This document shows positions 26,701 to 39,514 of a stretch of 64,000 nt of DNA, piece after piece; position 1 is the stretch's first letter; every line of letters starts with the position of its first letter. The notes below the pieces were generated by a model that was not told the DNA's origin, did not search any database, and was given only the letters and a program-made list of their open reading frames with translations. Origin of the DNA: Eledone cirrhosa (Eukaryota); the NCBI GenBank assembly GCA_964016885.1, contig OZ024742.1, positions 329,406,001 to 329,470,000 of the forward strand, given 5' to 3'. The translations under genes and the position numbers were made by a program.

Positions 26701-28411
26701 CACAGACAAACAGGTTTTTAGAGTCATACTGGTTTTTGAGGAAACACCTTTCCTCTATTCTCCAGAAAGCCAGACAAGGAATATTGAACTAGTTTCGATG
26801 TTGTTACATCTCATCAGCAATATTTACCAATCTTCCGGCCTTTCTAGAGAATCGTAAAAGCACATATCGTTATATGCTTTTTCTATGAAAATTAGTAGTG
26901 GGCAGACTAATTTGCATAGAGCGTGAGTACGTACCGGTTCAACGGAGACGATAAAAACAAATAACGAAACGAAATTAAATTTCGTTTCGTTTGTAACTCA
27001 CTTTTGTATGACTGACGCTTAAACAATTAAGTTAAAAATGTACATCCACATATGTATACTGAAATACTAGTATGCATATGAATACACACACGTATACATA
27101 TGTAGATGTACCGAGTTTTTCACTGGTCACTTTACTGTGAGTGTCCAGCTATTCTGTATGTAAACACACAGACAAACCGGTTTTTAGAGTCATACTGGTT
27201 TTTGAGGAAACACCTTTCCTCTATTCTGCAGAAAGCCAGACAAGGAATATTGAACTAGTTTCGATGTTGTTACATCTCATCAGCAATATTTACCTATCTT
27301 CCGGCCTTTCTAGAGAATCGTAAAAGCACATATCGTTATATGCTTTATCGATGAAAATTAGTAGTGGGCAGACTAATTTGCATAGAGCGTGAGTACGTAC
27401 CGGTTCAACGGAGACGATAAAAACAAATAACGAAACGAAATTAAATTTCGTTTCGTTTGTAACTCACTTTTGTATGACTGACGCTTAAACAATTAAGTTA
27501 AAAATGTACATCCACATATGTATACTGAAATACTAGTATGCATATGAATACACACACGTATACATATGTAGATGTACCGAGTTTTTCACTGGTCACTTTA
27601 CTGTGTGTGTCCAGCTATTCTGTATGTAAACACACAGACAAACCGGTTTTTAGAGTCATACTGGTTTTTGAGGAAACACCTTTCCTCTATTTTCCAGAAA
27701 GCCAGACAAGGAATATTGAACTAGTTTCGATGTTGTTACATCTCATCAGCAATATTTACCAATCTTCCGGCCTTTCTAGAGAATCGTAAAAGCACATATC
27801 GTTATATGCTTTTTCTATGAAAATTAGTAGTGGGCAGACTAATTTGCATAGAGCGTGAGTACGTACCGGTTCAACGGAGACGATAAAAACAAATAACGAA
27901 ACGAAATTAAATTTCGTTTCGTTTGTAACTCACTTTTGTATGACTGACGCTTAAACAATTAAGTTAAAAATGTACATCCACATATGTATACTGAAATACT
28001 AGTATGCATATGAATACACACACGTATACATATGTAGATGTACCGAGTTTTTCACTGGTCACTTTACTGTGAGTGTCCAGCTATTCTGTATGTAAACACA
28101 CAGACAAGCCGGTTTTTAGAGTCATACTGGTTTTTGAGGAAACACCTTTCCTCTATTCTCCAGAAAGCCAGACAAGGAATATTGAACTAGTTTCGATGTT
28201 GTTACATCTCATCAGCAATATTTACCTATCTTCCGGCCTTTCTAGAGAATCGTAAAAGCACATATCGTTATATGCTTTTTCTATGAAAATTAGTAGTGGG
28301 CAGACTAATTTGCATAGAGCGTGAGTACGTACCGGTTCAACGGAGACGATAAAAACAAATAACGAAACGAAATTAAATTTCGTTTCGTTTGTAACTCACT
28401 TTTGTATGACT
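23758..28411 (-). repeat. Tandem array of ten 466-bp units, each with a hammerhead ribozyme (non-LTR retrozyme-like)
   Basis: The period is exactly 466 (also visible in the ORF track: 23879, 24345, 24811...). Units differ by only a few substitutions. (TA)n on the left. Confidence 0.95.
23984..24028 (-). ncRNA. Minimal type I hammerhead, unit 1 (repeats at +466: 24450, 24916, 25382, 25848, 26314, 26780, 27246, 27712, 28178)
   Basis: Minus strand AATATTG-CTGATGA-GATGT-AACA-ACATC-GAAA-CTAG-TT^CAATATT: full catalytic core, perfect stems I and II, palindromic ACTAGT at stem III. Confidence 0.9.
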
Positions 28412-29162
28412 TGTCTGGCTTTCTGGAGAATAGAGGAAAGGTGTTTCCTCAAAAACCAGTATGACTCGAAAAACCGGTTTGTCTGTGTGTTTACATACAG
28501 AATAGCTGGACACTCACAGTAAAGTGACCAGTGAAAAACTCGGTAATCTACATATGTATACGTGTGTGTATTCATATGCATACTAGTATTTCAGTATACA
28601 TATGTTGATGTACATTTTTAACTTAATTGTTTAAGCGTCAGTCATACAAAAGTGAGTTACAAACGAAACGAAATTTAATTTCGTTTCGTTATTTGTTTTT
28701 ATCGTCTCCGTTGAACCGGTACGTACTCACGCTCTATGCAAATTAGTCTGCCCACTACTAATTTTCATAGAAAAAGCATATAACTATATGTGCTTTTACG
28801 ATTCTCTAGAAAGGCCGGAAGATAGGTAAATATTGCTGATGAGATGTAACAACATCGAAACTAGTTCAATATTGCTTGTCTGGCTTTCTGGAGAATAGAG
28901 GAAAGGTGTTTCCTCAAAAACCAGTATGACTCTAAAAACCGGTTTGTCTGTGTGTTTACATACAGAATAGCTGGACACTCACAGTAAAGTGACCAGTGAA
29001 AAACTCGGTACATCTACATATGTATACGTGTGTGTATTCATATGCATACTAGTATTTCAGTATACATATGTGGATGTTCATTTTTAACTTAATTGTTTAA
29101 GCGTCAGTCATACAAAAGTGAGTTACAAACGAAACGAAATTTAATTTCGTTTCGTTATTTGT

Positions 29163-29165
<3 letters not shown>
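28410..29165 (+). repeat. Inverted ~1.6 units of the same 466-bp repeat
   Basis: Reverse complement of the unit, starting at cttgtctggctttctgg and ending in (TA)n. Confidence 0.95.
28829..28873 (+). ncRNA. Minimal type I hammerhead in the inverted block
   Basis: aatattg ctgatga gatgt aaca acatc gaaa ctag tt caatatt, read directly on +. Confidence 0.9.
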
Positions 29166-29233
<68 letters not shown>

Positions 29234-29239
29234 TATATT

Positions 29240-29314
<75 letters not shown>

Positions 29315-29777
29315 TTCCCCCTCGTTATCGAGTATGGCCATTGCACGATATACCATTGTTAATTATTAATTAAATCTATTGTGCAATGCCTGTGTGTGAA
29401 TATATTTTTTTAAGTGAGGAAACACTGTGCACTGAGCCAATCCCTCTCTGAGCGACAGTAGCTATAACCCGAAAAGAATAAAAAATCACCATCATCGGTA
29501 ACTAACCGCAGGTTTTATCCCAGAGTTATCCCAGTTTCCTGAGTTGCCTTCTCATAGAAGAATGCCCTAACAAAGGCTAGGGGTCCTTTACTCCCAGCGG
29601 TTTAACCGCGCTATCGGGTGTCCAGCTCGAATATTTCTATGTCCCGCTCATATACACACATATGCACCCATGTATATACACATATACATATACATGCACA
29701 TGTACATGTGTATATACATATTTACACACTTTTGGATGGCCGTTGACTCTTACGAGTTTTTCCGCCCTTATATAAAT

Positions 29778-29917
<140 letters not shown>

Positions 29918-29924
29918 ATATTAA

Positions 29925-30058
29925 TAGTAATAATAATAAATTTGAAGACTAAAATCCAAAGGAATAAGGAAATTTATATATAAAATATTTATTAAAATGA
30001 CATATTAAAGTTTAATGAAAGATGCGTTGCTTTCACCCTTAACGGGATATTCTGAAAA
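29925..30058 (-). mobile_element. Single arm of family F1
   Basis: aaatttgaagactaaaatccaaag..attaaagtttaa..tgctttcacccttaacgggatattctgaaa matches the reverse complement of 21388-21545. Confidence 0.7.
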
Positions 30059-30114
30059 GCGTGATTTCTCACGAATGAAACTGTTTTAGTCCTGTAGAAG
30101 CTATTCTATATTAA

Positions 30115-30216
<102 letters not shown>

Positions 30217-30816
30217 AAATTGTAAAGAAAAAGAGAAGTTGAGTTGGAGACAGTGATGTATTGGCCATTGGCTGATAGCATTCCTGGAGCTTAATTAAAA
30301 TTCATCGATAAACTATATCAAGCAGTTTCTAATGTTTATTATAAGCCCCAAAGACTGGCATATCCAACTACCAATATTGAGTATTATTTGATTAGAATAT
30401 TGACAGATGTCCAGGCACGTAACAAAGTTGACTAATGCAGTAAAACATATATATAGGAAAATCAGCATATAAAAAATAGCAGCCATTATATATATGTGTA
30501 TTTAACTTCAGCATCATACACGCAGCAACTGTCATGTTGCTGATTTCAGTCAGTAGATGGCGGTCATAGTGGGCACTGCACTGTCTCGAAGGGAATTCAT
30601 TGCATCGTATCGATCTATATGTCTTATTTTTTTCACATAGTTTACTTATTTTATTGATCTATATTTGTCGAATTAGTAAGTTACAGTGCATAAACACAAT
30701 CATAGACACAAACGTAAACATTGACTCGGTTTCGCAATCACATAGATGTGCACACACACACACGCGCACACACACAGATACACACACACACACACATACA
30801 TACGCACACACACACG

Positions 30817-30849
<33 letters not shown>

Positions 30850-30869
30850 TCGTGTGTGTGTGTGTTCGA

Positions 30870-31285
30870 ACGATATCTCACAAACTACAGATTAAGCATT
30901 GTTGGAAACTTACGTGAGTAGCTGCATGACTTCTGAAAATACCGAAGCCAGCCTGTTGCAGTCAACTGGTTCCTCTCAAACGAAACATCATTTACAAGTG
31001 GGGTGCCTAGGGGACTGTCTTGGGACCACGAAACTTTGTTGGTGGCTCTTTCAAATATGACCTCTCTAGTGCATACAACATCCCTTACCAGCTATGCTGA
31101 TGACACAAAGCTAGCACAGGCAATGAAGAACCCAGTTGATGCTACTCTTTTACAAAAAAGATATGGGTGCTATATAGAAATGGGCTGAACAAAAGAACAT
31201 GCAAGCTAATGCTGCAAAATTTCAAGCCTTACAATATCAATCTGTAACCACAATGTCAGTACAACAAAGTGATACCGGACAATGA
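30870..31285 (+). pseudogene. CR1/L2-type LINE reverse transcriptase fragment
   Basis: SGVPRGTVLGP...SYADDTKL...W.EQKNMQ.N..KFQ. Confidence 0.75.
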
Positions 31286-33151
31286 TTTAACCTTATCTTC
31301 CGATTGCTCATAAAGTAAACAAGAAGTGTATTGGGATCAATTCCAGTTTCATCCAGTAAATTCTATTAATATGTGTGATTTTGTAAAGACTTTGCAATAT
31401 AACCGAGACCCGAGTCTGTTGAGCTAATCCACGAACATGAAATCCTCAATGTTTTTACGTCAGAAAATAATCCATTCCAGTATATGACAAGAACTACTTC
31501 GTATAATGCAAATTAAATTATCCACCTGCCTTTATCATCACTGGCAGAGGAGGCTAAAAGTTTACTAAACCAGTAAATCCTCGGCATCAACGGCATATTT
31601 CATTATTTAATTTCTCAAAAGAAGAGTAAATAAAGCAAACATGGTGACACAAAATTAAAACTTGGACCCAGATGTCTACTTGTTATAAAGTATAAGAAGG
31701 TACACAGAGATTTGAAAGAATTTGTATTTACAAGTAAAATTGATGTAACCAATTTTTGATTGAGATTTGAGTCGTTTAAAAACAGGTCATTATAACCAGA
31801 TTGAAGATATTTTAGGGAGAGAAACAGTAGAACGCAGCGCAGAAGTAATGAAGGACCTACAATATAAACTACTTATGGAATAATGAAGCGAGACGCAACT
31901 GTTTGGTTGGATCCCGTCTGTAGCTTTAGCAAGACTGACGTTATTTTACCTTATTGGGATAGGACTCAGTGTAAGTAGAGAGTGCCTGGCGGAAGAAAAT
32001 AATGCTCTACAATCGATATAAAAATAACAAAACTGAGAGAAAAGGATAATTATCAGTATATAAATAACGACATACTGCAAGGCTTAAGTAGTTGTAGCTG
32101 CATTGAAACAAATGAATTTGGACATAACCTCATAACGTGAATGATTTTGGCACCACTGGAGAAGGTCAAATTTTCGGAAGGTATCGAAAAAGGAGCACAC
32201 TTCGTTCCTCAGAACATGAACAGATATGTGTCAAAGTGATAGTGGTATCTGAAATATTATATACGATACATTCATGCGTATATGATTACACAAACGCAAA
32301 CATATATTTATAAGGGATTTGGTATACAAACTGATAAAAATGTACTTATTACATGCAACATTTTTTAAATAACCTGGATAAGTTCGGCATATAACTGCAT
32401 AAATCCTCAAATAAGAGCGTACAAGAACACACATACGCACGCACACGCACGCACACACACTCACAACACACACACACAGACACATATATATATACATATA
32501 TATATATATATACATATAAATATACATATAAATGAATTTATTGTCGCAAACGATCACAAATGTATATATATTCTATTTTCCTCACAAATATCTACAAGCG
32601 GATATCTAATCCATTTCTAGGGAAGCAGCAATATTTCAAACCTTACTCCCCGTCGCTTTGCGTTACATCAGCACACGCATTCTGCATCCTTGGACAAAGA
32701 TACATTCAGAACGGCAATGATCATTGGGGGGTTTCAGGCAGTTAACATGCGCTGTGAATATTCGTAATTGTTTGCAGATGAAGATGAAGATGAAGATATT
32801 TCAAGTTCACTAAAAGTTGCAGATAACCTTTGATAGTAAGATAAAGGGGTTATCTAAGAAAGGCAAAATGATTCTGGATTAAATAGAGATTGGTCGAATG
32901 GAAATTTCAGATTCAGGTTAAGAAAGGTTATACATATTGGCAAAACTCATAGCTTGCTGGACACTCGGAAATGAGGATTCTTATAAACACGTATAGCGAA
33001 AATGCATTACATACATCTACCCGCAAGCATATATATTTATTTACAAATGTAATTCCCATTTCTACACCCATTGTACTTCGCCTAATATCATATATACATA
33101 CGCACCCGCACCCACATATATGTCCACACATTGATGCACACACATATGCAT

Positions 33152-33203
<52 letters not shown>

Positions 33204-33207
<4 letters not shown>

Positions 33208-34338
33208 AAATTAACAAACGTGAATACTAAAATCAAAAGAGGGCTCGATGAGGATAACTATATCTGTATATATATAAAATTAAGTATGTGTGTGTCTGTG
33301 TGTCTGTGTATTACCTATAGGGGCCTACATCTTACGTCCGATTTTCATGAAACTTTACAAGCTCATAGATTAGTCATCGGGGAATGTTTTTTTTATTCCG
33401 GGGTCATTCTGCAGATAAAAATCGATAGCGGTGTCACCATTTTTTAGGTATCGAAAAATAAGATCTTTGGGTTTAGCTCCCACATTTTGCCACCGATTTC
33501 GTTCAAATTTTAAAACAAAATAAAATGTATCATTGCACATCCGCTAATGGGTTTATATTTTGCATTTGTTGTTCAGGAAATGCGTGGCAGCCGCTTAAAT
33601 ACTCAAAAATACCACTTTTAGACTAAAATGTCCACTTGTTCGGGTCTAGCTCCCACATTAATCAACCTACTTTGTTCAAATGTTACACTACGCTAGATCT
33701 GATTATTTCACGTCTTAAAGTTCGTTTACATTTTGGACTTGTTGTTAAAGAACGGCGTGGCAGCCGCTTAAATATTCGAAAATACAACCTTTTCCCTCAA
33801 ATTTCCGCCCTTTCGGCTCTAGCTCCCACATTTTTCAACCGATTTCGTTCAAATTCGAAACTTAGGCACCCCCTCACACATAAATCACGTTATTTGGTTC
33901 AACTTTTATACTACGATAGAACCTATCATTGCACATCCTATAGTAGCTTTACACTCTGCTTTTTCTGTTCACAGACGGCGAGGCAGCCGTTTAACTCTTC
34001 AAAATACGATTTTTTCCACCTCCCACATATTCCATACGATTTCACTCAACATTTTGCCTTACGACCGATTTTCAAGAAACTCGCAGTCGCTAAGATCAAC
34101 ACCTTTTTATCAAAGTAGATATTATTTTACCTAACAAGGCAACGCTGGGTACTGCTGCTAGTATCAAATATATAAGAACCCTAGAGCAAAAATTAATTAA
34201 AATAACAGATTAAATGTTAAGCAAAGAATCGCTGCTTTACCCTTAATAGAATCTTCTGAAACTCTGAACGTTTCAGCAGTTCCCGTTAAGGGTGAAAGCA
34301 GCGATTCTTTGCTTAAACTTTAATATGTTATTTTAATA
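33204..34338. mobile_element. F1 fold-back element interrupted by a Helitron
   Basis: Joining 33204-33262 to 34162-34338 restores a continuous F1 arm (gagggctcgat.aggata..ata|tatcaaata.ataagaacc) followed by the F1 palindrome. Confidence 0.75.
33263..34161 (+). mobile_element. Non-autonomous Helitron
   Basis: 5' TC(tgtatatatataaaa); 3' GGCAACGCTGGGTAC..CTAG; inserted between A and T without a TSD; three internal ~175-bp subrepeats (gctcccacatt..., gcgtggcagccgcttaaata). Confidence 0.8.
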
Positions 34339-34341
34339 GGT

Positions 34342-34390
<49 letters not shown>

Positions 34391-34714
34391 TAAACGGAAT
34401 AGAAAATGCTGACAAATTGTTCACAGTTGAAAAATGGTTTAATTAGGAATAAAAGAGTATTAGTGATTGTATGGGTTAGTATTCAGTTGTGGTTTTAAGT
34501 TTTTAAGTTTTTACCGGTTGCGCATTTCTAAATGCTTTTCAAAAATAATTTTGAGATAGAGTGTCCGTGCTGTTTGCTCTGATCTGATTAGTTTTGGGAA
34601 TTCTACCTGTTTTTATGTTAAAAAAGTGGCTCCAATTTGCAAAAATTCTTGTGGTCAAAACAATTTTGATTGGTCGGTAGAGGTCATGTGAATGTATATA
34701 TATATATACATATC

Positions 34715-34918
34715 GATGGTCAATCGACGTTCGTTAAATCGGACACAGGAAAACAAGGGTTCCGTTGGTCTTTCCCATTGCTAATACTATCTAATGGTCA
34801 CAACTCCAGGTAGTAGGAGCAATGTGAAATAAAGTGTCTTGCTCAAGGACATAAGGCATCACCCGGTCCAGGATTCAAACTCACAACCTCACGATTTCGA
34901 ATCCAATTCTCTTACCAC
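34715..34918 (-). mobile_element. tRNA-derived SINE family B
   Basis: gtgaaataaagtgtcttgctcaaggaca...caggattcaaactcacaacctcacgat. Related copies at ~56270-56545 and ~58360-58592. Confidence 0.6.
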
Positions 34919-34927
34919 ACACACACA

Positions 34928-34964
<37 letters not shown>

Positions 34965-35159
34965 ACACACACGCACGCACACACACACACACGCACACAC
35001 ACGCACACACACAAACTCACACACACACACACATATTTATTATATATATATGTGTGTGTGTGTGTGTGTTTCTTTGGGCTTGTATCTGTGCGTGGGTTTA
35101 TTTGTGTGTATATATATATATATAAATATCTTTTACGACTGGCTGAAGCCATGCTGTAT

Positions 35160-36240
35160 CAGGACCTTTGCCACTACTCTTTCTATAGTAAGACGACCTT
35201 GGTTGGCCATTGATGTAAAAGAGAGATTGTCACTGCTTTCCTTATTTTTACTTCCTTTCATAATGTTTGTTCTTCCGGTATGTGGGTTAGCGGAATGTCG
35301 AGATGTTTCGTGAAAATATCTACATCCGCACCAATAGATCTTTCAGGTTTCCTGGCAGCTTAGTAAAGAGCTGTGAGCCTTCATACCCTATACTAGTGAT
35401 GTGTTTGGTCCTCACTTTAGGTGTGAAGTATTGGATATTTGGCGCTAGTCATTTTGTTCTCATCGATTGTTGGTCCAGCTCTCAATAACAATGTTTGATG
35501 CTAGTCCATTCAACCCTTCCATATGTATATGGAATTTTCTCCCAGAGGCTCGTTTCTGTCACTGTGACAATCTTGCTGTCTTAACTACACTGGATTGTTA
35601 CAAGTTCTGCGGATGGTTTGATTCTGTGGGGCGACCACAGGTGGGAACAATAGTCCAGTCAACTGAGGGCAACAGTCCACCAGTGGATGAATAGAGTTTC
35701 CCAGTCTATTAACCGGAACGTCATCAGGACCTAATGAGCTAGTCGTCGAAAATGTGTCACCGTTTTTATGACGTCTGCATTAAATAATGCATCATTACTC
35801 ATGCCGATACCCAGGTCCCATTTGATTCCAAATCGGCGATTTCGATTCTTTCTGCTCCAGTGTAGTGTTATAGTGGCCATGTGTTTTCAGGTCCATACAA
35901 GAGAGCTTGAACATTTCAGGTATTAACCTGCATATTGCTGTCCTCAGCCCTTTTCTATATGACATTCATGTCATAAAAGTAGCATTAACTGGTTTCTTGA
36001 TTGCTTGGGTTACTTTAATGTCATCAATATAGTGAGGACATGTCCCTGAGCAACAGCACAATCAACAGTGTTCCCATGATGATGGTGCTTTTGGGAACAC
36101 CACTTCTTATTGACATTTTTTTAGATGGTCCCTTTGGCTGCAAGAATCTGGTTTCTGTCTTTTAAGTCGTCATGAAATCATTCACTTAATTTTCAAACTA
36201 TGCCGAAACAACGTAGTAGTACTGACTCAATTACATGCTT
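35160..36240 (-). pseudogene. CR1/L2-type LINE RT and 3' fragment
   Basis: Minus strand SGVPKSTI..GTLL (~36075-36105) and YIDDIKV (~36012-36032), related to 30870-31285; heavily decayed. Confidence 0.6.
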
Positions 36241-36611
36241 GCTATATTCCAGGACATATAAGACATAACTACCATTGTGGACAAATCCAGCTCTCCTTAA
36301 CGAATACACATCTGCCGTTTCCCAGACTGTTGCATTACCAGTACACGAAAGAGAGATTGACTACTTACTCATTACGTTAAACCTTGTCTATCGGCCAGGA
36401 TTTGTTAACAAAAACGAAATAGAATTTTGAAAGTATACTAGCTTATTGTAAGTTGCAATTTGTACATATTAACCGCTAGAGAATGAAAACATTTGACAGG
36501 GATCACATGATGAGATCGAACACACAGTCGTCGTATGCCAGGAGAAATTGACCACTTAACCATCATTGGAAACCCTTATCAATCAGCTAGGAGATATTAA
36601 CAAAGTAATAA

Positions 36612-36790
36612 TTGTTTCTAATTTTGGCACAAGGCCAGGAATTAACTAGTACATTACTGGTACTTTAATTTATCGACCCCGTAAGGATGAAAGGCAAAGT
36701 TAATCTCGGTGGGATTTGATCTCAGAATAGCAAGGGCCGTAAGTTATATGCATCAAAGCATGGCGTCCGACCCTCTACCGATACTGCCAA
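36612..36790 (-). mobile_element. SINE family A
   Basis: Reverse complement of family A; AAGTAATAA repeated at 36603-36611 and 36789-36797. Confidence 0.85.
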
Positions 36791-37363
36791 GTAATAAAAG
36801 TCTTAGGCAACTGTTCGTAAAATAAAATGTCATTTTTCCTCATAATTTTTCTCTCATACTGAGGGTTCCACTTATTAACAATACAATTTGAAATATATGT
36901 GTTCCAATGTAAATGACTATACAAAGGTCTATCTATAAATCATTGTTAGTTAAGACCCAGGCTCCAATTGTATTTATACAAAATGTTCTACTTGTCTTTA
37001 TAGTCACTTACCGACAAGAGATATAATCTCTTTCTGTCTATTTCAGTTCTCTCTAGCCGCCCCTCTCACTCTGTTTTCTCTTTGTTGGTTTCTCTCTCTC
37101 GTATTTTATGGCTGTCTATCTCTTTCACATTCAGGTATTCTGATTGTCTCTTTATCAATATTTTTTCTACATATTACTATTGTGGTTGAGTTGTATTCTG
37201 AATCTCACCCACACTCTTGTCTTTGATATTCTCAGTTGTGTAATGTCTTCAGTTCTAAGACAGCTTTACTTACATTTATTATCCCTCACGCCTTCATCTC
37301 CCCACATACTGAATCAAGTAATAGACTCTCAGTGAAACGCGCATACCAGACATATATTTAACC

Positions 37364-37415
<52 letters not shown>

Positions 37416-37438
37416 GTATATGTATGTCTGTATGTATG

Positions 37439-37493
<55 letters not shown>

Positions 37494-38223
37494 GCTTGTA
37501 TGTATGTATGTATGTATATATATATATATATACAAATATGCACACACCTACACAAACATATATATATATATACATACACATCCATACACAGACTATATAA
37601 ATATATCTACAGATACACTCATGTGAACAATACAGGAATAATCGTACATAATTTACGCACATTTACATACATTTATATCCGTCCATCAATCATCAGCCAT
37701 TTGTGGCACTTTTCAAACTGGGTGCCTTTACAAAAGCACAGCGCGAGAAAAAAGAATCTCGTATACACACTAATAACAACGTAAACCTCTAAATATGCTG
37801 CAATACTCTGCACACACCTTATACAAATTTATGTCATATGATACATACAAGAAAAGTGTATAATACTTAGGCATGGAATAAGGAAAATAATATCAATTAT
37901 AGCTTATAAAAGAGTGAAAACCTATAATTTGTGCAATACATTTATTTTATTTCTGAAAATAATGATTTAACAACTAAGAGGGATACATATAAGTGGAAAT
38001 ACACACCAGTCCATATGGGTGAATGTATGTATGTATATAAGTATGTATGTATTTGTGTATGTATGAAAATAATAATAATAATGAAATTATTGTGTACGTG
38101 TGTAAATGTAGATGTAAGTTTATATATATATATATAAATATGTGTATATATATGTATACACACACATACACATTCATAGAAACAAACACAGACTCACTCA
38201 CACATACACACATACGCACACAC

Positions 38224-38266
<43 letters not shown>

Positions 38267-38422
38267 GGATTGTTTGATATGAATATATATTAAATATTAT
38301 GAAAGGTATATCAAATGAATATTTGCATGTATCATTCTTATACCTACCGCGATACATACTCATATATGTATGAATAAATAAATAAATGAAAAAAAAAATA
38401 TATATATATCTTTATATATATC

Positions 38423-38587
<165 letters not shown>

Positions 38588-38618
38588 TATATATATATAC
38601 ATATATAAATATATAAAT

Positions 38619-38712
<94 letters not shown>

Positions 38713-38714
<2 letters not shown>

Positions 38715-39147
38715 AGGAGGTTATAGTTCACTTGAAGCATTGTGTAATGAGGTATAACCGTTAGAATATGTGTAATAAGGCCAAGACAATGCAGATATGG
38801 ACATAGAAAAAAGAATGCAATAGTGAGAGATATTGATGACAATTCGTCTTTCACCTTGAATTTATTTAAATGTCCTTAATTTTCGAGATAATATCTCTTC
38901 TTCGGAGGGAAGTAAAAGTCTCAGACCAGCGTCTTAAATTTCCAATGAAGCCATGGCTTCATTGGAAATTTAAGACGCTGGTCTGAGACTTTTACTTCCC
39001 TCCGAAGAAGAGATATTATCTCGAAAATTAAGGACATTTAAATAAATTCAAGGTGAAAGACGAATTCTCATCAATATCTCTCACTATTGCATTCTTTTTT
39101 CTATGTCCATATCTGCATTGTCTTGGCCTTATTACACATATTCTAAC

Positions 39148-39150
<3 letters not shown>
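38713..39150. mobile_element. Spacer-less ~390-bp palindrome element with hammerhead variants
   Basis: 38759-38953 is inverted against 38954-39148 around CCATGG, with about one mismatch seen; (TA)n flanks. Confidence 0.88.
38996..39035 (+). ncRNA. Minimal hammerhead variant (CCGAAGA core); mirrored on - at ~38872-38911
   Basis: TTCCCT-CCGAAGA-A-GAGAT-ATT-ATCTC-GAAA-AT-TA-AGGA. Confidence 0.55.
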
Positions 39151-39186
<36 letters not shown>

Positions 39187-39200
39187 CCTACATATATATC

Positions 39201-39264
<64 letters not shown>

Positions 39265-39303
39265 CGAAACATAAGTCAATTGCATGAACTCATAATCCTT
39301 TAT

Positions 39304-39364
39304 CTACTCCTATATATATTTCGATGATAGCCATTGAATGGCTATGGCCTCATCAGGCAGTTAG
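39304..39364 (-). ncRNA. Minimal hammerhead in a ~165-bp insert within (TA)n
   Basis: Minus strand CTAACTGC-CTGATGA-ggccATAGCCA-ttcaa-TGGCTATcatc-GAAA-TATATA-TA-GGAGTAG. Confidence 0.7.
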
Positions 39365-39445
39365 TCAGTTCCTAGATATGGCAGCTCTGTGTTTATAGTG
39401 TTGATGGGATCAGAGCCTTGGGACATCATTATATATATATATATA

Positions 39446-39514
<69 letters not shown>

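Noticed and set aside
23879-28978. Repeated 60-83 aa ORFs (MSSYSVCKHTD...) as a tandem gene family
   Set aside because: Most start at GTG, lie antisense to the ribozyme and have no recognisable domain. They are a by-product of the repeat.
23758-29165. CRISPR array or Helitron-derived tandem repeat
   Set aside because: There are no unique spacers and no cas genes, and the context is eukaryotic. The AT-rich hairpin is not followed by a terminal CTRR.
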